From: a candidate division WOR-3 bacterium
Lineage (GTDB): Bacteria > Hydrothermota > Hydrothermia > JBDRYB01
Assembly (NCBI GenBank): GCA_039803205.1
Contig: JBDRYB010000001.1
Coordinates: 32,001 to 96,000 of the forward strand
Length of the DNA: 64,000 nucleotides
Direction of reading: 5' to 3'
The translations under genes and the position numbers were made by a program. Shown here one piece after another: positions 1 to 8,947 of the stretch. Each line of letters begins with the position of its first letter. Within the stretch, counting starts at the first letter, position 1. The notes below the pieces were generated by a model. That model was given only the letters and a program-made list of their open reading frames with translations. It made no database searches and had not been told where the DNA came from.

Positions 1-408
1 CTCTCATACCTGAGGCATCTCTATGCCAAGGGCCACGAGGCAAGGCTGATCCTCTGGGCGAGAAAGGCGCTCACGACGGGAATAGTTGATCCCTTTGTTC
101 TCAGGGCCCTGGGCAAAGGGCTCCTCATATCAGGGCAATACACCGAGGGAGCGCAGGCGTTCTTCAGTCAGTTCCTCCTGGGCGACCCGGACGGCCTGCT
201 ATATCTCGCTGACATATACCAGAAACCTGAGCTCTTCAAAGAAGCGGAGCTCCGGGGCGCTAACTTCGCTGAGGTCTACCGAGACCTGGTCCAGATACAC
301 CTTATGAGGGGAGACGAGAATAGGGCTGTTTATTACCTGGATGCTTTGTTGGCCTCGTATCCGGAGGACACGGGGCTCAGATCCCTCAGAGAGAGGCTGA
401 AGCGTTGA
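1..408 (+). CDS. Partial (5'-truncated) helical, TPR-like hypothetical protein
   Basis: Frame 1 is open from the window start to TGA 406-408 (LSYLRHLYAKG...AVYYLDALLASYPEDTGLRSLRERLKR); TPR-like pattern. Not in the ORF track because it has no start codon. Confidence 0.6.
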   Translation, partial: LSYLRHLYAKGHEARLILWARKALTTGIVDPFVLRALGKGLLISGQYTEGAQAFFSQFLLGDPDGLLYLADIYQKPELFKEAELRGANFAEVYRDLVQIHLMRGDENRAVYYLDALLASYPEDTGLRSLRERLKR

Positions 409-480
409 TCTGCCCGGAGAAGTTGTGGCGGCCTCTGACCAACCTGGAAAGCCTGTCCTGGGTTGCTTTATAATCTAGAT

Positions 481-2280
481 ATGAGAGCCCTCCTGTTGAT
501 CCCTTGGGGTTGTGGGCTTATCCTTGCCCAGGAGAAGATCCTGATCCCCATGGATGCCTCTCAAACAGACCATCTCAGAGCATATGGTGTTGCCTACAGG
601 ACACTGGCAAGGGGGGTTAATGTTGAGTGGCTTTTGAACTGGGAAGGGGGGAGCTTCATGTGCGATCACAACAAGGCTACAGCGGCCGAGTGCGATTCCC
701 TCGGGGTTTTATATAGGGTAATATCCCCGTCCGAGGCCTCATCCATACACGCGCGGATAGAGGAGGCGAACGCGAACGCGGTTCTTCTTGAAAAGGCACC
801 CAGGGTAGCGGTCTACATCCCGCCATACGAGGAACCATGGGACGATGCAGTTTCCCTTGCTCTTGAATACGCTGGAATACCCTATGACAGGATATGGGAC
901 AGGGAGGTTCTCTCGGGCCAGCTCAGGAAATACGACTGGCTTCACCTTCATCACGAGGACTTCACGGGCCAGTATGGCAAGTTCTATGGTTCATACCGAA
1001 ACGCTCCGTGGTATCTTCAACAGGTTGAGATAAACGAGGCGATCGCGAAGGAGCTGGGATACCCCAATGTCCCTGAGGAAAAAAAGGCAGTCGCGAGGGC
1101 AATAAGGGAATATGTATCGGGGGGAGGGTTTCTGTTCGCGATGTGCTCGGGGCCCATTACCATGGACATAGCGCTTGCCGCGGAGGGCATTGACATCACC
1201 GAGGAGGTGTATGACGGGGATCCGCCTGACCCGGATTTCCAATCAAGGCTTGATTTCAGCAAGGCCATGGCTCTCAAGGACGCGCGGCTCATAACCAGCC
1301 CATACATATACGAGCACTCAGATGTTGATGTAACACGGGAGGCGAGTCTGAGGGGCGAAAATACATATTTCAGCCTCTTTGAGTTCTCAGCGAAATTTGA
1401 CCCCGTGCCCACCATGCTCACCCAGGACCACACTGGGGTTGTCAAGGAGTTCATGGGCCAGGATACGGGTTTCCGGAAGGACAAGCTTAAGCCAGAAGTG
1501 GTCGTAATGGGCCAGGTGGAGGGAACCGAGGAGGCAAAATACATATACGGGGCCTACGGAAAGGGCTTCTTCAGCTTTCTCGGAGGCCATGACCCTGAGG
1601 ACTACCAGCACATGGTAGGCGACCCCCCGACGGACCTCAGACTCCACAGAAACAGCCCAGGCTACAGGCTCATACTCAACAATGTGCTTTTCCCAGCGGC
1701 CAAAAGGGAAAAATTAAAGACATCGGCGCCCGGATGGGGTTTTGCTCTGGTTGGTGGGCCGAGATACACGACCGCGGCTGGGCATGAATCGCCGGGCCTG
1801 TCCTGGGAAATAAGCGCGCTTGGACTCATGGGAATCTCCGCGGGACTAACGAGCGGCCTTGGTTTCGGATTATCATGGTTTGATAGCAGGTCAGGGGATC
1901 TTCCGAATGGGGGCTGCGGCGAGGGTTACCTGGGGAAAGGTTTCAACGGAAGGCTCACTCTTATATGGGATCCCATGGCTGAAAGGATCTCGCAAACCAT
2001 CAGGCCACGGCTTACAGCAGAGGCTATCCTTTTCGGCATCCATTACCGCTATGAAGAAAGGGGTGCAGGTGGAACCCGTGTCTCTCCATGCACCTGGCGC
2101 GTTTTGCCTGTCATCCAGATGAGCGCTGGAGCGACCCTGGGGCCTCATCTGCAGATTGATCTTTCTGTTGCGACCGGGGCGGCCGCGCCAGGAGTCCATC
2201 CCGGTGAAACAATCGGTTATCCGGCATACCCGTGGTCCTTTGCCCTTACCAGCAGGCTCTGGTCCCAAAAACGCGCATGA
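481..2280 (+). CDS. Secreted class I glutamine amidotransferase-like protein (family often labelled 'asparagine synthetase B' in Bacteroidota) with an extra C-terminal beta-barrel-like region
   Basis: Motifs PWDDAV, DWLHLHHEDFTGQYGKFY, FAMCS, GGHDPEDYQH, PGYRLILNNVLFPAA. ATG 481 follows TATAAT 469-474. Confidence 0.7.
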   Translation: MRALLLIPWGCGLILAQEKILIPMDASQTDHLRAYGVAYRTLARGVNVEWLLNWEGGSFMCDHNKATAAECDSLGVLYRVISPSEASSIHARIEEANANAVLLEKAPRVAVYIPPYEEPWDDAVSLALEYAGIPYDRIWDREVLSGQLRKYDWLHLHHEDFTGQYGKFYGSYRNAPWYLQQVEINEAIAKELGYPNVPEEKKAVARAIREYVSGGGFLFAMCSGPITMDIALAAEGIDITEEVYDGDPPDPDFQSRLDFSKAMALKDARLITSPYIYEHSDVDVTREASLRGENTYFSLFEFSAKFDPVPTMLTQDHTGVVKEFMGQDTGFRKDKLKPEVVVMGQVEGTEEAKYIYGAYGKGFFSFLGGHDPEDYQHMVGDPPTDLRLHRNSPGYRLILNNVLFPAAKREKLKTSAPGWGFALVGGPRYTTAAGHESPGLSWEISALGLMGISAGLTSGLGFGLSWFDSRSGDLPNGGCGEGYLGKGFNGRLTLIWDPMAERISQTIRPRLTAEAILFGIHYRYEERGAGGTRVSPCTWRVLPVIQMSAGATLGPHLQIDLSVATGAAAPGVHPGETIGYPAYPWSFALTSRLWSQKRA

Positions 2281-3623
2281 TAATCGCAGAACCCCAGCTG
2301 ATTGAACGCCTCGCTCTTTGGGCAATAAAGGAGCGAATTCCATTTCTGGGGCACTTTGGTCTCACGAGGCACTGCAACCTCATGTGCAGTTTCTGTCTGT
2401 GGGGGAAAAAACTGAAGCCTCGCGGTTTCATGTCACAGTTCCTTTTCAAAAAAGCCCTCTCGGAAATGAAGGAAATGGGCACCTTTGAGATAGAGCTGAC
2501 GGGGGGCGATCCTCTTCTTCATCCGCATCTGCCTGATTTCATAAGGATAGCAACCGATCTCAGATTCGTGATAGCGATAACAACCAACGGCCTCAGGTTA
2601 ACAGAAAGAAACCTGTCTGCGATAAAGGAGGGCCTGATCGCGCATGTTTCAGTGAGCATTCACGGAGCTAAGCCCGAAACCCACGACAGAATAGTGGGAA
2701 GACCAGGGGCCTGGAATATATCCCTCCGCAACATGGAGAAGCTTCTGGATAGTGGCGTAAGAACTATTGTTTGCTTCGTGATCACCAAGGAAAATCACCA
2801 GGAAGTCAAAAATGCCAAAGCCCTCTTTGAGAGCATGGGAGCCAGGTTTCAGATGGTCCTGAAGTTGTATAATCCCTTCTGTCTTGAAGAAGTTGAGGCC
2901 TTGAAGCTCAGGGGCCATGCCCTCGCGGATCTGATGGGCCTCTTCCCTGATCCGCCGGTGTGCCCTCATCCTTGCGGCGCTTTCATGAACGCGGTATATA
3001 TCAACCCCAACGGAGATGTTTGGCCCTGTATATCATTTCCCTTTAACCTGGGCAACATCGGTAAAACTAGCTTCAGGGAAATATGGGAAGGGATAAACAA
3101 GGAGACCAGGGCGCTCCGGAGAAACCTTGTCCGCGCGAGAGAGAAGGGAGTCTACCGCGGAGTAGAGTATTTTTGCCCATCAATAAGTCGTGGATATGAC
3201 GGTTCTCTGGGAGGCCTTGAACCCCATGTAAAGGAGATAATAGACGCCTGGTTGAATGAGAGAAACGAATCGGCCAAGAGCAATTTTTCCCTGGATGAAG
3301 TAGTGTCCCCGGACAGACAAATCGCTATAAAGCTCGGGGAAAATCATGGATTCGTTCCCGAGGACGATGTTGCCTTCAGGTTACTGAGGGGAAGGGAAGA
3401 GACCTACCTTGTTCTTTGGAAGAGATCCACGAGGAGATATGCGGCTCTGGAGGGTCCCTGGGCGGAAGCGGTGAGCTGTATCCTCTCTGGCCAAAGGATC
3501 AAGGATGCCCTAAAAATTTTGGAATCATCATTTAAGGGGTTCCGCATGAGCGAGGCCATAGTGGACATGGAAGCTCTTCTCAGCGAAATAGCCGGCATGG
3601 GTTTCATCAAACTTGCCATTTGA
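2277..3623 (+). CDS. Radical SAM/SPASM(twitch) protein with C-terminal PqqD-like RiPP recognition element
   Basis: CNLMCSFC motif, TGGDPLL, TTNG, CGA...INPNGDVWPC...LGNI. The last ~90 aa show a 3-strand/3-helix PqqD-like pattern ending LLSEIAGMGFI. ATGA overlap with the upstream gene. Confidence 0.8.
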   Translation: MIIAEPQLIERLALWAIKERIPFLGHFGLTRHCNLMCSFCLWGKKLKPRGFMSQFLFKKALSEMKEMGTFEIELTGGDPLLHPHLPDFIRIATDLRFVIAITTNGLRLTERNLSAIKEGLIAHVSVSIHGAKPETHDRIVGRPGAWNISLRNMEKLLDSGVRTIVCFVITKENHQEVKNAKALFESMGARFQMVLKLYNPFCLEEVEALKLRGHALADLMGLFPDPPVCPHPCGAFMNAVYINPNGDVWPCISFPFNLGNIGKTSFREIWEGINKETRALRRNLVRAREKGVYRGVEYFCPSISRGYDGSLGGLEPHVKEIIDAWLNERNESAKSNFSLDEVVSPDRQIAIKLGENHGFVPEDDVAFRLLRGREETYLVLWKRSTRRYAALEGPWAEAVSCILSGQRIKDALKILESSFKGFRMSEAIVDMEALLSEIAGMGFIKLAI

Positions 3624-3643
3624 TCCGGATCACTTATCCGGAT
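3623..3643. terminator. Hairpin between convergent genes (ATCCGGAT-cactt-ATCCGGAT)
   Basis: Two copies of a self-palindromic 8-mer form an 8-bp stem; no clear U-tract. Confidence 0.3.
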
Positions 3644-3661
3644 TCATGGCCCGGTTAAGCG

Positions 3662-3826
3662 CTATTCCTTTTTCGGAGGCGGCGGTGCTGCCTTAGCGAC
3701 CCCTGTGAGGCTCAGGACATCAGCATTCCTTTCCGTGGCCAATATCCTCGGTTTCTCGTAAGGCTTTACCACACGGTCCTTTATCCTCGGGACCCTTCTT
3801 CCCTTATCCTCAGAAGATTTTGCCAT
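3662..3826 (-). CDS. Putative RiPP precursor peptide (54 aa; alternative GTG start at 3772 gives 36 aa)
   Basis: Manual translation: MAKSSEDKGRRVPRIKDRVVKPYEKPRILATERNADVLSLTGVAKAAPPPPKKE*. YxxPx(I/L) leader motif; AAGGA upstream of both possible starts. Confidence 0.65.
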   Translation of the reverse strand: MAKSSEDKGRRVPRIKDRVVKPYEKPRILATERNADVLSLTGVAKAAPPPPKKE

Positions 3827-3840
3827 AATTATATCCTTCA

Positions 3841-4173
3841 TGGAGGCGGGGGGATTCGAACCCCCGTCCAGAGACCCAACCCGTAAAGCACCTACACGCT
3901 TAGCTCGCCCTATTAACGCTCTGGAGGCTGGGCGAGCGAGCCCTTCCAGAGGTTTGCCCCTCTGTTTAACCGGACCCGCGGGGCACGAGCCCGGCGACCC
4001 CGGATCTATGAGGCCCTTCTGGCGCGTCCGGGGAGCGCGGCCAGAGAACCTACGCCCTCAATTAGGCGTATGCGTATGCCTTTTCGGCAGTTATCTTTGC
4101 CGCTTTTTACGGGATGCGGCAACCCGACGTGCGCTTTATCGGGTCTATGGCCCTGTCAAGACCATTCGCCCCC
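3841..4173 (-). ncRNA. ssrA: tmRNA; tag reading frame 4088-4062 encodes AEKAYAYA*
   Basis: 5' GGGGGCG pairs with 3' CGCCTCC-A, giving a G3:U alanine identity pair. T-arm GGGGGTTCGAATCCCC; ATAACT-GCC resume context; CCA not encoded. Confidence 0.95.
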
Positions 4174-4249
4174 AAAGCTAAGGCATATATAATAAAGGTT
4201 TTGCCGTGGAGGATCAAGTGCTTTTATGAGCGGGAATCTCTGGGACCCT

Positions 4250-4804
4250 CTAAATATCAATCAAAATCACCTTTATTGGCACGGCTGGAAAATGCCTCTT
4301 TAACCTCTCAATGTCCTCAATAAGCTGCTCTCCGTAGGAAACGCCGGATGACATTTCCTTGTGTAAGGCATAGGCAGGGACTATTTCTACGCCAGCATCA
4401 CAGTGGCCCTCGTTAAAGAAATACTGGAACTTAGCAAGATCGTAGAACATGAAAGCATACTTGCCCAGCTGAACTTCAACCAGAACCCTATCCTTCTGGA
4501 AATCTATCTGTTTAAACACCTTCACTGAATCAGAAACAAGTCTTTCGTCTTCGTATGGAAACCTCATATCATGATAGCTGCGGAGCTCCTTGAAGCCTCG
4601 CTTTGCAAACGCCCACCTGAACGCTCGGTTCATTTCCTTCGGATCGTAAAGGAGCTTACCTATCTTACCTTTCTCCTTGCTGATCTTGGTCTTCGTAGCT
4701 TGCACTTCTTCTATGATCTCGTCTATTTCGGACTCAATTACAGGGTATCTAACTCTCAATATCTCAAGCCCGCCCAAGTGCGAATACTCATAAACCTTTC
4801 TCAT
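4250..4804 (-). CDS. BglII/BstYI-family type II restriction endonuclease
   Basis: YSHLGGLE N-terminus, QIDFQKDRVLVEVQLGKYAFMFYDL, EMSSGVSYGE; coupled to a methyltransferase. Confidence 0.85.
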   Translation of the reverse strand: MRKVYEYSHLGGLEILRVRYPVIESEIDEIIEEVQATKTKISKEKGKIGKLLYDPKEMNRAFRWAFAKRGFKELRSYHDMRFPYEDERLVSDSVKVFKQIDFQKDRVLVEVQLGKYAFMFYDLAKFQYFFNEGHCDAGVEIVPAYALHKEMSSGVSYGEQLIEDIERLKRHFPAVPIKVILIDI

Positions 4805-5763
4805 AAGAGACTATCCTCCCAGGGTTGTTTTTTACCCGGCGGCTCATATATGGGCGTCCCCATCTCCCGAAGTCTAAGCTTGCCGCAGGAGAACAAATTC
4901 AACCTTTCAAGCCCTATTTTGTAATATCTTTCATTTATCTCTGCTCCGACAAAGCGCCTTCTGTGCTTTATGGCCGCAATCGCGGATGAAGCCACGCCCA
5001 TGAATGGATCGAAGACCCACTCGTCCTCGTTTGTTAATGAGAGGACAAGTCTCTCTATCAGCTCAACCGGAAACTGAGCTGGGTGCTCGGTCTTCTCCGG
5101 GTGATTACACTTGACATTCGGTATATCCCAGACATCTGTAGGGTTCTTGCCTAGGGGATTACAGGAAGGCTTACCTTTATTCGGCCCTTTGTGGAACTTC
5201 TTGCCCGGATACCTCTGAGGAACCCGAACAGCATCAAGGTTAAAGACATAGGGCTCGCCCTTAGTGAACCACATTATAACCTCGTATCTACCAGAAAATC
5301 TCTTGGACGCGTGAAGCCCGTGCCTGAAGTGCCATACTATCCGGTTGCGCATTACGAGGCCGAGATCCCTGAAAATAGGATAAAGCAGATAATCTATTGG
5401 GATTATACTGCTGTTTTTAACCCAATTTCCGACCTGCCAGCATATAGAACCCCCGGTCTTTGTCACTCGTAAAGCCTCTTTTATTATCTCTCTGTGCCAC
5501 CTTACATATTCATCAAGATCCATCTTTTGCTCGTATTCCTTGCCTATGTTGTATGGAGGAGAGGTTACTGTGAGCTGGACGCTTTCATCCGGTATGAAAC
5601 GCACCAGATCAAAAGCTGAGCCCAGATAAAGGCAGGCCTGTGCAGAGCTATCATAGGTGTTCGTTATCCGTATTTCTCTCTGTTGGTGGGGAACATCCAA
5701 CAGAACCGAAGCCTTGCCATTCAGAAGATCAGAAAGAATCCCCAAAGAATCTCGCTCTGCCAT
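4801..5763 (-). CDS. Site-specific amino-DNA methyltransferase (beta class, probably N4-cytosine)
   Basis: TSPPYN catalytic motif precedes the HPAQFP and DPFMG SAM-binding motifs. Confidence 0.9.
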   Translation of the reverse strand: MAERDSLGILSDLLNGKASVLLDVPHQQREIRITNTYDSSAQACLYLGSAFDLVRFIPDESVQLTVTSPPYNIGKEYEQKMDLDEYVRWHREIIKEALRVTKTGGSICWQVGNWVKNSSIIPIDYLLYPIFRDLGLVMRNRIVWHFRHGLHASKRFSGRYEVIMWFTKGEPYVFNLDAVRVPQRYPGKKFHKGPNKGKPSCNPLGKNPTDVWDIPNVKCNHPEKTEHPAQFPVELIERLVLSLTNEDEWVFDPFMGVASSAIAAIKHRRRFVGAEINERYYKIGLERLNLFSCGKLRLREMGTPIYEPPGKKQPWEDSLL

Positions 5764-5790
5764 GGAAACAAATTATAATCTTTTCGGCCC

Positions 5791-6819
5791 CTACGGTTCA
5801 AACACCCCAGGAACCCTCACTCCGCAATCCGGACACCTCCCCTCCTTTAACCTATTTTCAAGAAGGGAAAACCGCCACCTCCTTATGAGGGTTTTCCCGC
5901 AGGATGGGCAACGGGTATCCTCAAGCCCTCTCATTTCCCTGTTCCCGGGGTATACGAACAGTAAGCCCTCTTCACGGCCTATCTCCATGGCTTTCGTGAT
6001 GGAGGAGACAGAAGTCGGGGGGATGCTGTGGACCTTGTAGGCAGGGTAAAAACCGGAGATGTGCCACGGGGTCTCAGGGCCAAGCTCCTGAGCTACGAAC
6101 CTGGCCATTTCTCTGATCTCCCCCTCAGAATCGTTCACCCCTGGAACAAGGAGGGTGGTTACCTCAACCCACACCCCCATGCTCTTCATTATTTTCAACG
6201 CATTCATCACTGGCCTAGGCCTCCCGCCGGTCCATTTCTGCATGGAGGACTTGTTCACAAACTTGAAATCAACATTGGCCGCGTCCAACAATCCCTTCAA
6301 CTCACAAAGCGGTTTCGGGTTTATGAACCCATTCGTAACCCAATTGTTCTTTAGGCCTCGCTCCTTCGCCATTCTCATGGTGTCTAAAGCATATTCATAG
6401 TATATCGTGGGTTCGGTGTATGTGTAGCTTATTGAGGGAACTCCAGCGCTCAGCGCGGCCCTGACTATCTCATTTGGCGGAACCTGTTTTCTCGCAAGGG
6501 CATCCATGGTCCTGGGCTCAAGAACCGGCAGTTGGCTTATCTCCCAGTTTTGGCACCAGAGGCAGGATAGATTACAGCCGGGCGCGGCAACCGAGAGGCT
6601 CGCGGTTCCTGGCAGAAAGTGATAGAGCGGCTTTTTTTCAATGGGGTCTATGTGCGCGGCAATGAGAACGCCGTAATTCAGGCTGATGAGCTCATGGCCC
6701 CGTCTCTCCCTAACCCCGCAGGTGCCGCGCTCGCCTTCTCTGAGCCTACAAGAATGGGGGCACAGGTTGCAGATGATCTCCTGATCCTTCTGGGTGAAAA
6801 AAAGCGCCTTTCTGCTCAT
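5791..6819 (-). CDS. amrS: AmmeMemoRadiSam system radical SAM enzyme
   Basis: CNLCPHSC...GTCGVR, DPIEKKPLYHF, GCNLSCLWCQNWEISQ, C-terminal CPSCG/CPDCG. Confidence 0.9.
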   Translation of the reverse strand: MSRKALFFTQKDQEIICNLCPHSCRLREGERGTCGVRERRGHELISLNYGVLIAAHIDPIEKKPLYHFLPGTASLSVAAPGCNLSCLWCQNWEISQLPVLEPRTMDALARKQVPPNEIVRAALSAGVPSISYTYTEPTIYYEYALDTMRMAKERGLKNNWVTNGFINPKPLCELKGLLDAANVDFKFVNKSSMQKWTGGRPRPVMNALKIMKSMGVWVEVTTLLVPGVNDSEGEIREMARFVAQELGPETPWHISGFYPAYKVHSIPPTSVSSITKAMEIGREEGLLFVYPGNREMRGLEDTRCPSCGKTLIRRWRFSLLENRLKEGRCPDCGVRVPGVFEP

Positions 6820-6873
6820 CAAAACCCCCATAATAGCGGGAATATCACCTGGGCAACCATGGAGGGATTGCCC

Positions 6874-7995
6874 TTACTTCAGTTCAAAGATGTAATCAAC
6901 CTCAAAAACCTCATCCTTCTCCGTGTAATACCTCCAGGACTTCACATTGCTAACAGCCGCGTTGTCCAGGGTCTGACTCCCTGAGCTCACCACAACCTCA
7001 ACCCTATCAACCACGCCTTTCTTCTTGAGATATACCCTCAGAGTCGCTGTTCCGGCCTCCCAGTTTTCCTTCGCGGCTTTCGGATAGTCCAGGTTCGGCT
7101 TCTCCTTTATCTCAACCCCTGAGGGCTTCCTTATCTTCGTGGTGACCTGAGCAATGGCGGGGGTTTTTTTCGGTTTTCCGCTTATATCAAGCTCCGGAGT
7201 CGGGGTCTGGAGCCCTCCGGTGTATATTCCTCCAGCCGAGGGAAGCTGGGAACCTATCGTGAACTGGAACGAGATAAACCCCGTGTCAATAACCTCAGCC
7301 TTGGCAAAAACCCACCCCTTGGCGCACTCTATGGCCGCGTCGTCAAGGAGCTTTGAACCGGATGAGCTGTCAATCTTCGCTTGAGCAACAGTTCCTGACT
7401 TTGAAACCACAACCTGAACCCTCACGGTTCCCTGAACCGACTTATCAAGCGCCTCCTTTGGGTATTCCGTGGAAGGGCTCTTGATCTTCTTCCGGATCGC
7501 AACCGGGCCTTCTAGGGCTACTTTTACAAAGCCACTCTTCTTTACCCCTTCTGTTCCAAGAGAACCCGCGCCTATATCAATTACAGGGGACGGGGTCGTG
7601 CCAAGGCCGCCTACGCCCGTGGCGCCTATTTCCAGGAGGCCTGATCCCATGATAAACCTGAAAACAGCCACCCCGGTATCAGCCTTATCTCCCTTCGCGA
7701 AAACCCACCCTTTGACACAGTTCAGGGCAGCTGTGTCAAGGAGATTTGAGCCTGATGAGGAATCAACCCTTGACTTTGTCACCGTTCCAGCCTTTGAGAC
7801 GACAAACCATATCCTCACTGTCCCCTGAATGGAATCGTCTAGAGCCTCCTGCGGATACTGGGGAGATGGGTTCTTGACCTTCTCCCTGAGAGCCACCGAG
7901 CCCTCCAGGGTAATCTTTACCGTGCCAGCCTTCTGCGCCTCAAGCTCAACTGAGAGCTGAGACAAAATACCCAATATCAAGAAATAAGGCATCAT
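6874..7995 (-). CDS. TonB-family protein with three TonB C-terminal domains
   Basis: Three YP.eA...qGtv.....SSGS..LD.AA...k.W units. Confidence 0.8.
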   Translation of the reverse strand: MMPYFLILGILSQLSVELEAQKAGTVKITLEGSVALREKVKNPSPQYPQEALDDSIQGTVRIWFVVSKAGTVTKSRVDSSSGSNLLDTAALNCVKGWVFAKGDKADTGVAVFRFIMGSGLLEIGATGVGGLGTTPSPVIDIGAGSLGTEGVKKSGFVKVALEGPVAIRKKIKSPSTEYPKEALDKSVQGTVRVQVVVSKSGTVAQAKIDSSSGSKLLDDAAIECAKGWVFAKAEVIDTGFISFQFTIGSQLPSAGGIYTGGLQTPTPELDISGKPKKTPAIAQVTTKIRKPSGVEIKEKPNLDYPKAAKENWEAGTATLRVYLKKKGVVDRVEVVVSSGSQTLDNAAVSNVKSWRYYTEKDEVFEVDYIFELK

Positions 7996-8035
7996 GGCTT
8001 AATTATAAGGTCTAGCTGGGGTCTGAATTCAAGCT

Positions 8036-8944
8036 CTAGTACCCCACCATTTCCAGAAAGCAATAGCCCCTCTTGTTCCCTTTGGTTATCCGACAAGCGC
8101 CCTCCCATATGAGAGGCCCGCGCATCATCCTGAAGAACTGATCCCTCACAATAGCCTCTGTTGTTAATTCAATATCCGGATCCGGAACCGAGATGTGCCA
8201 GGAAAGGGGGCATCTTCCGGTGGAATCACCCGCGATCCAATAGTCTCCAAGGGGTTCGGCCTTGAATTTCTTTATTCGCGAGACCTCGCCATTTCTGTCA
8301 ATGTATGTGCCAAAACTGCGATCCTCATCGCGAAACTGCCAAAGCATCATCTCGGTGGTGTCCTCAAAACGGAACGAGAACCAGGCATACCTGCCCCCGG
8401 TTTCGCCCCACTGGTGATCCATCCAAGCGTCTCCCCGGAGAAAGAGGGTCTCGGCTCCCACGATCATCCTGCCGGAGGAGGCCATCCTAGTATAGGAGTA
8501 ATACCAAGAGGGTTCCTCTCCAATCAGAAACACAGAGCCCTCATTTCCGTGGCTCGCCGGGGGCTTGAGGGCCCGGACATCAAGGGATATGGAAAAACCT
8601 GTGTCCATGAGTCCAAACGAGAAGGCATCTTCTCCAATAGCCTTGAGATAACCCTCTTCTGTTTTTATGTCCAGTGCAAGAGAAGGGTTTTCCGGAACCA
8701 GCATGGGAAACGCTCTCGTTTTTCGGAAAACCGTCTCGCCTGTCCCCAGGTTCACCATGCTGAAAACATGAACTTCGGTCTGACTAGCCGGGAAATGAAA
8801 GATTATGAAGCAATACGAATATGAGTTTCCCTGGCTGTCCGTCAGGATCCCGCTGAAATACCACCATTCCTTGAGGACATCCTCATGGGGCGCGTGATCC
8901 TGGGGAAAGATGAAGCCCGCGGCCATAAGAAGGGTGACTAGCAT
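8036..8944 (-). CDS. Lipocalin-like AttH/CrtC-family secreted protein
   Basis: FPQDHAPH..EWWYFSG, SWYYSYTR, AWMDHQWG, WEGAC, C-terminal FLEMVGY. Confidence 0.85.
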   Translation of the reverse strand: MLVTLLMAAGFIFPQDHAPHEDVLKEWWYFSGILTDSQGNSYSYCFIIFHFPASQTEVHVFSMVNLGTGETVFRKTRAFPMLVPENPSLALDIKTEEGYLKAIGEDAFSFGLMDTGFSISLDVRALKPPASHGNEGSVFLIGEEPSWYYSYTRMASSGRMIVGAETLFLRGDAWMDHQWGETGGRYAWFSFRFEDTTEMMLWQFRDEDRSFGTYIDRNGEVSRIKKFKAEPLGDYWIAGDSTGRCPLSWHISVPDPDIELTTEAIVRDQFFRMMRGPLIWEGACRITKGNKRGYCFLEMVGY

Positions 8945-8947
8945 AGG

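Noticed and set aside
3840..4181. 113-aa plus-strand ORF (MEAGGFEPPS...)
   Set aside because: It is the antisense translation of the tmRNA gene.
3624..5763. Prophage or integrative element at ssrA
   Set aside because: No integrase, no phage genes and no duplicated tmRNA 3' end seen in the window.
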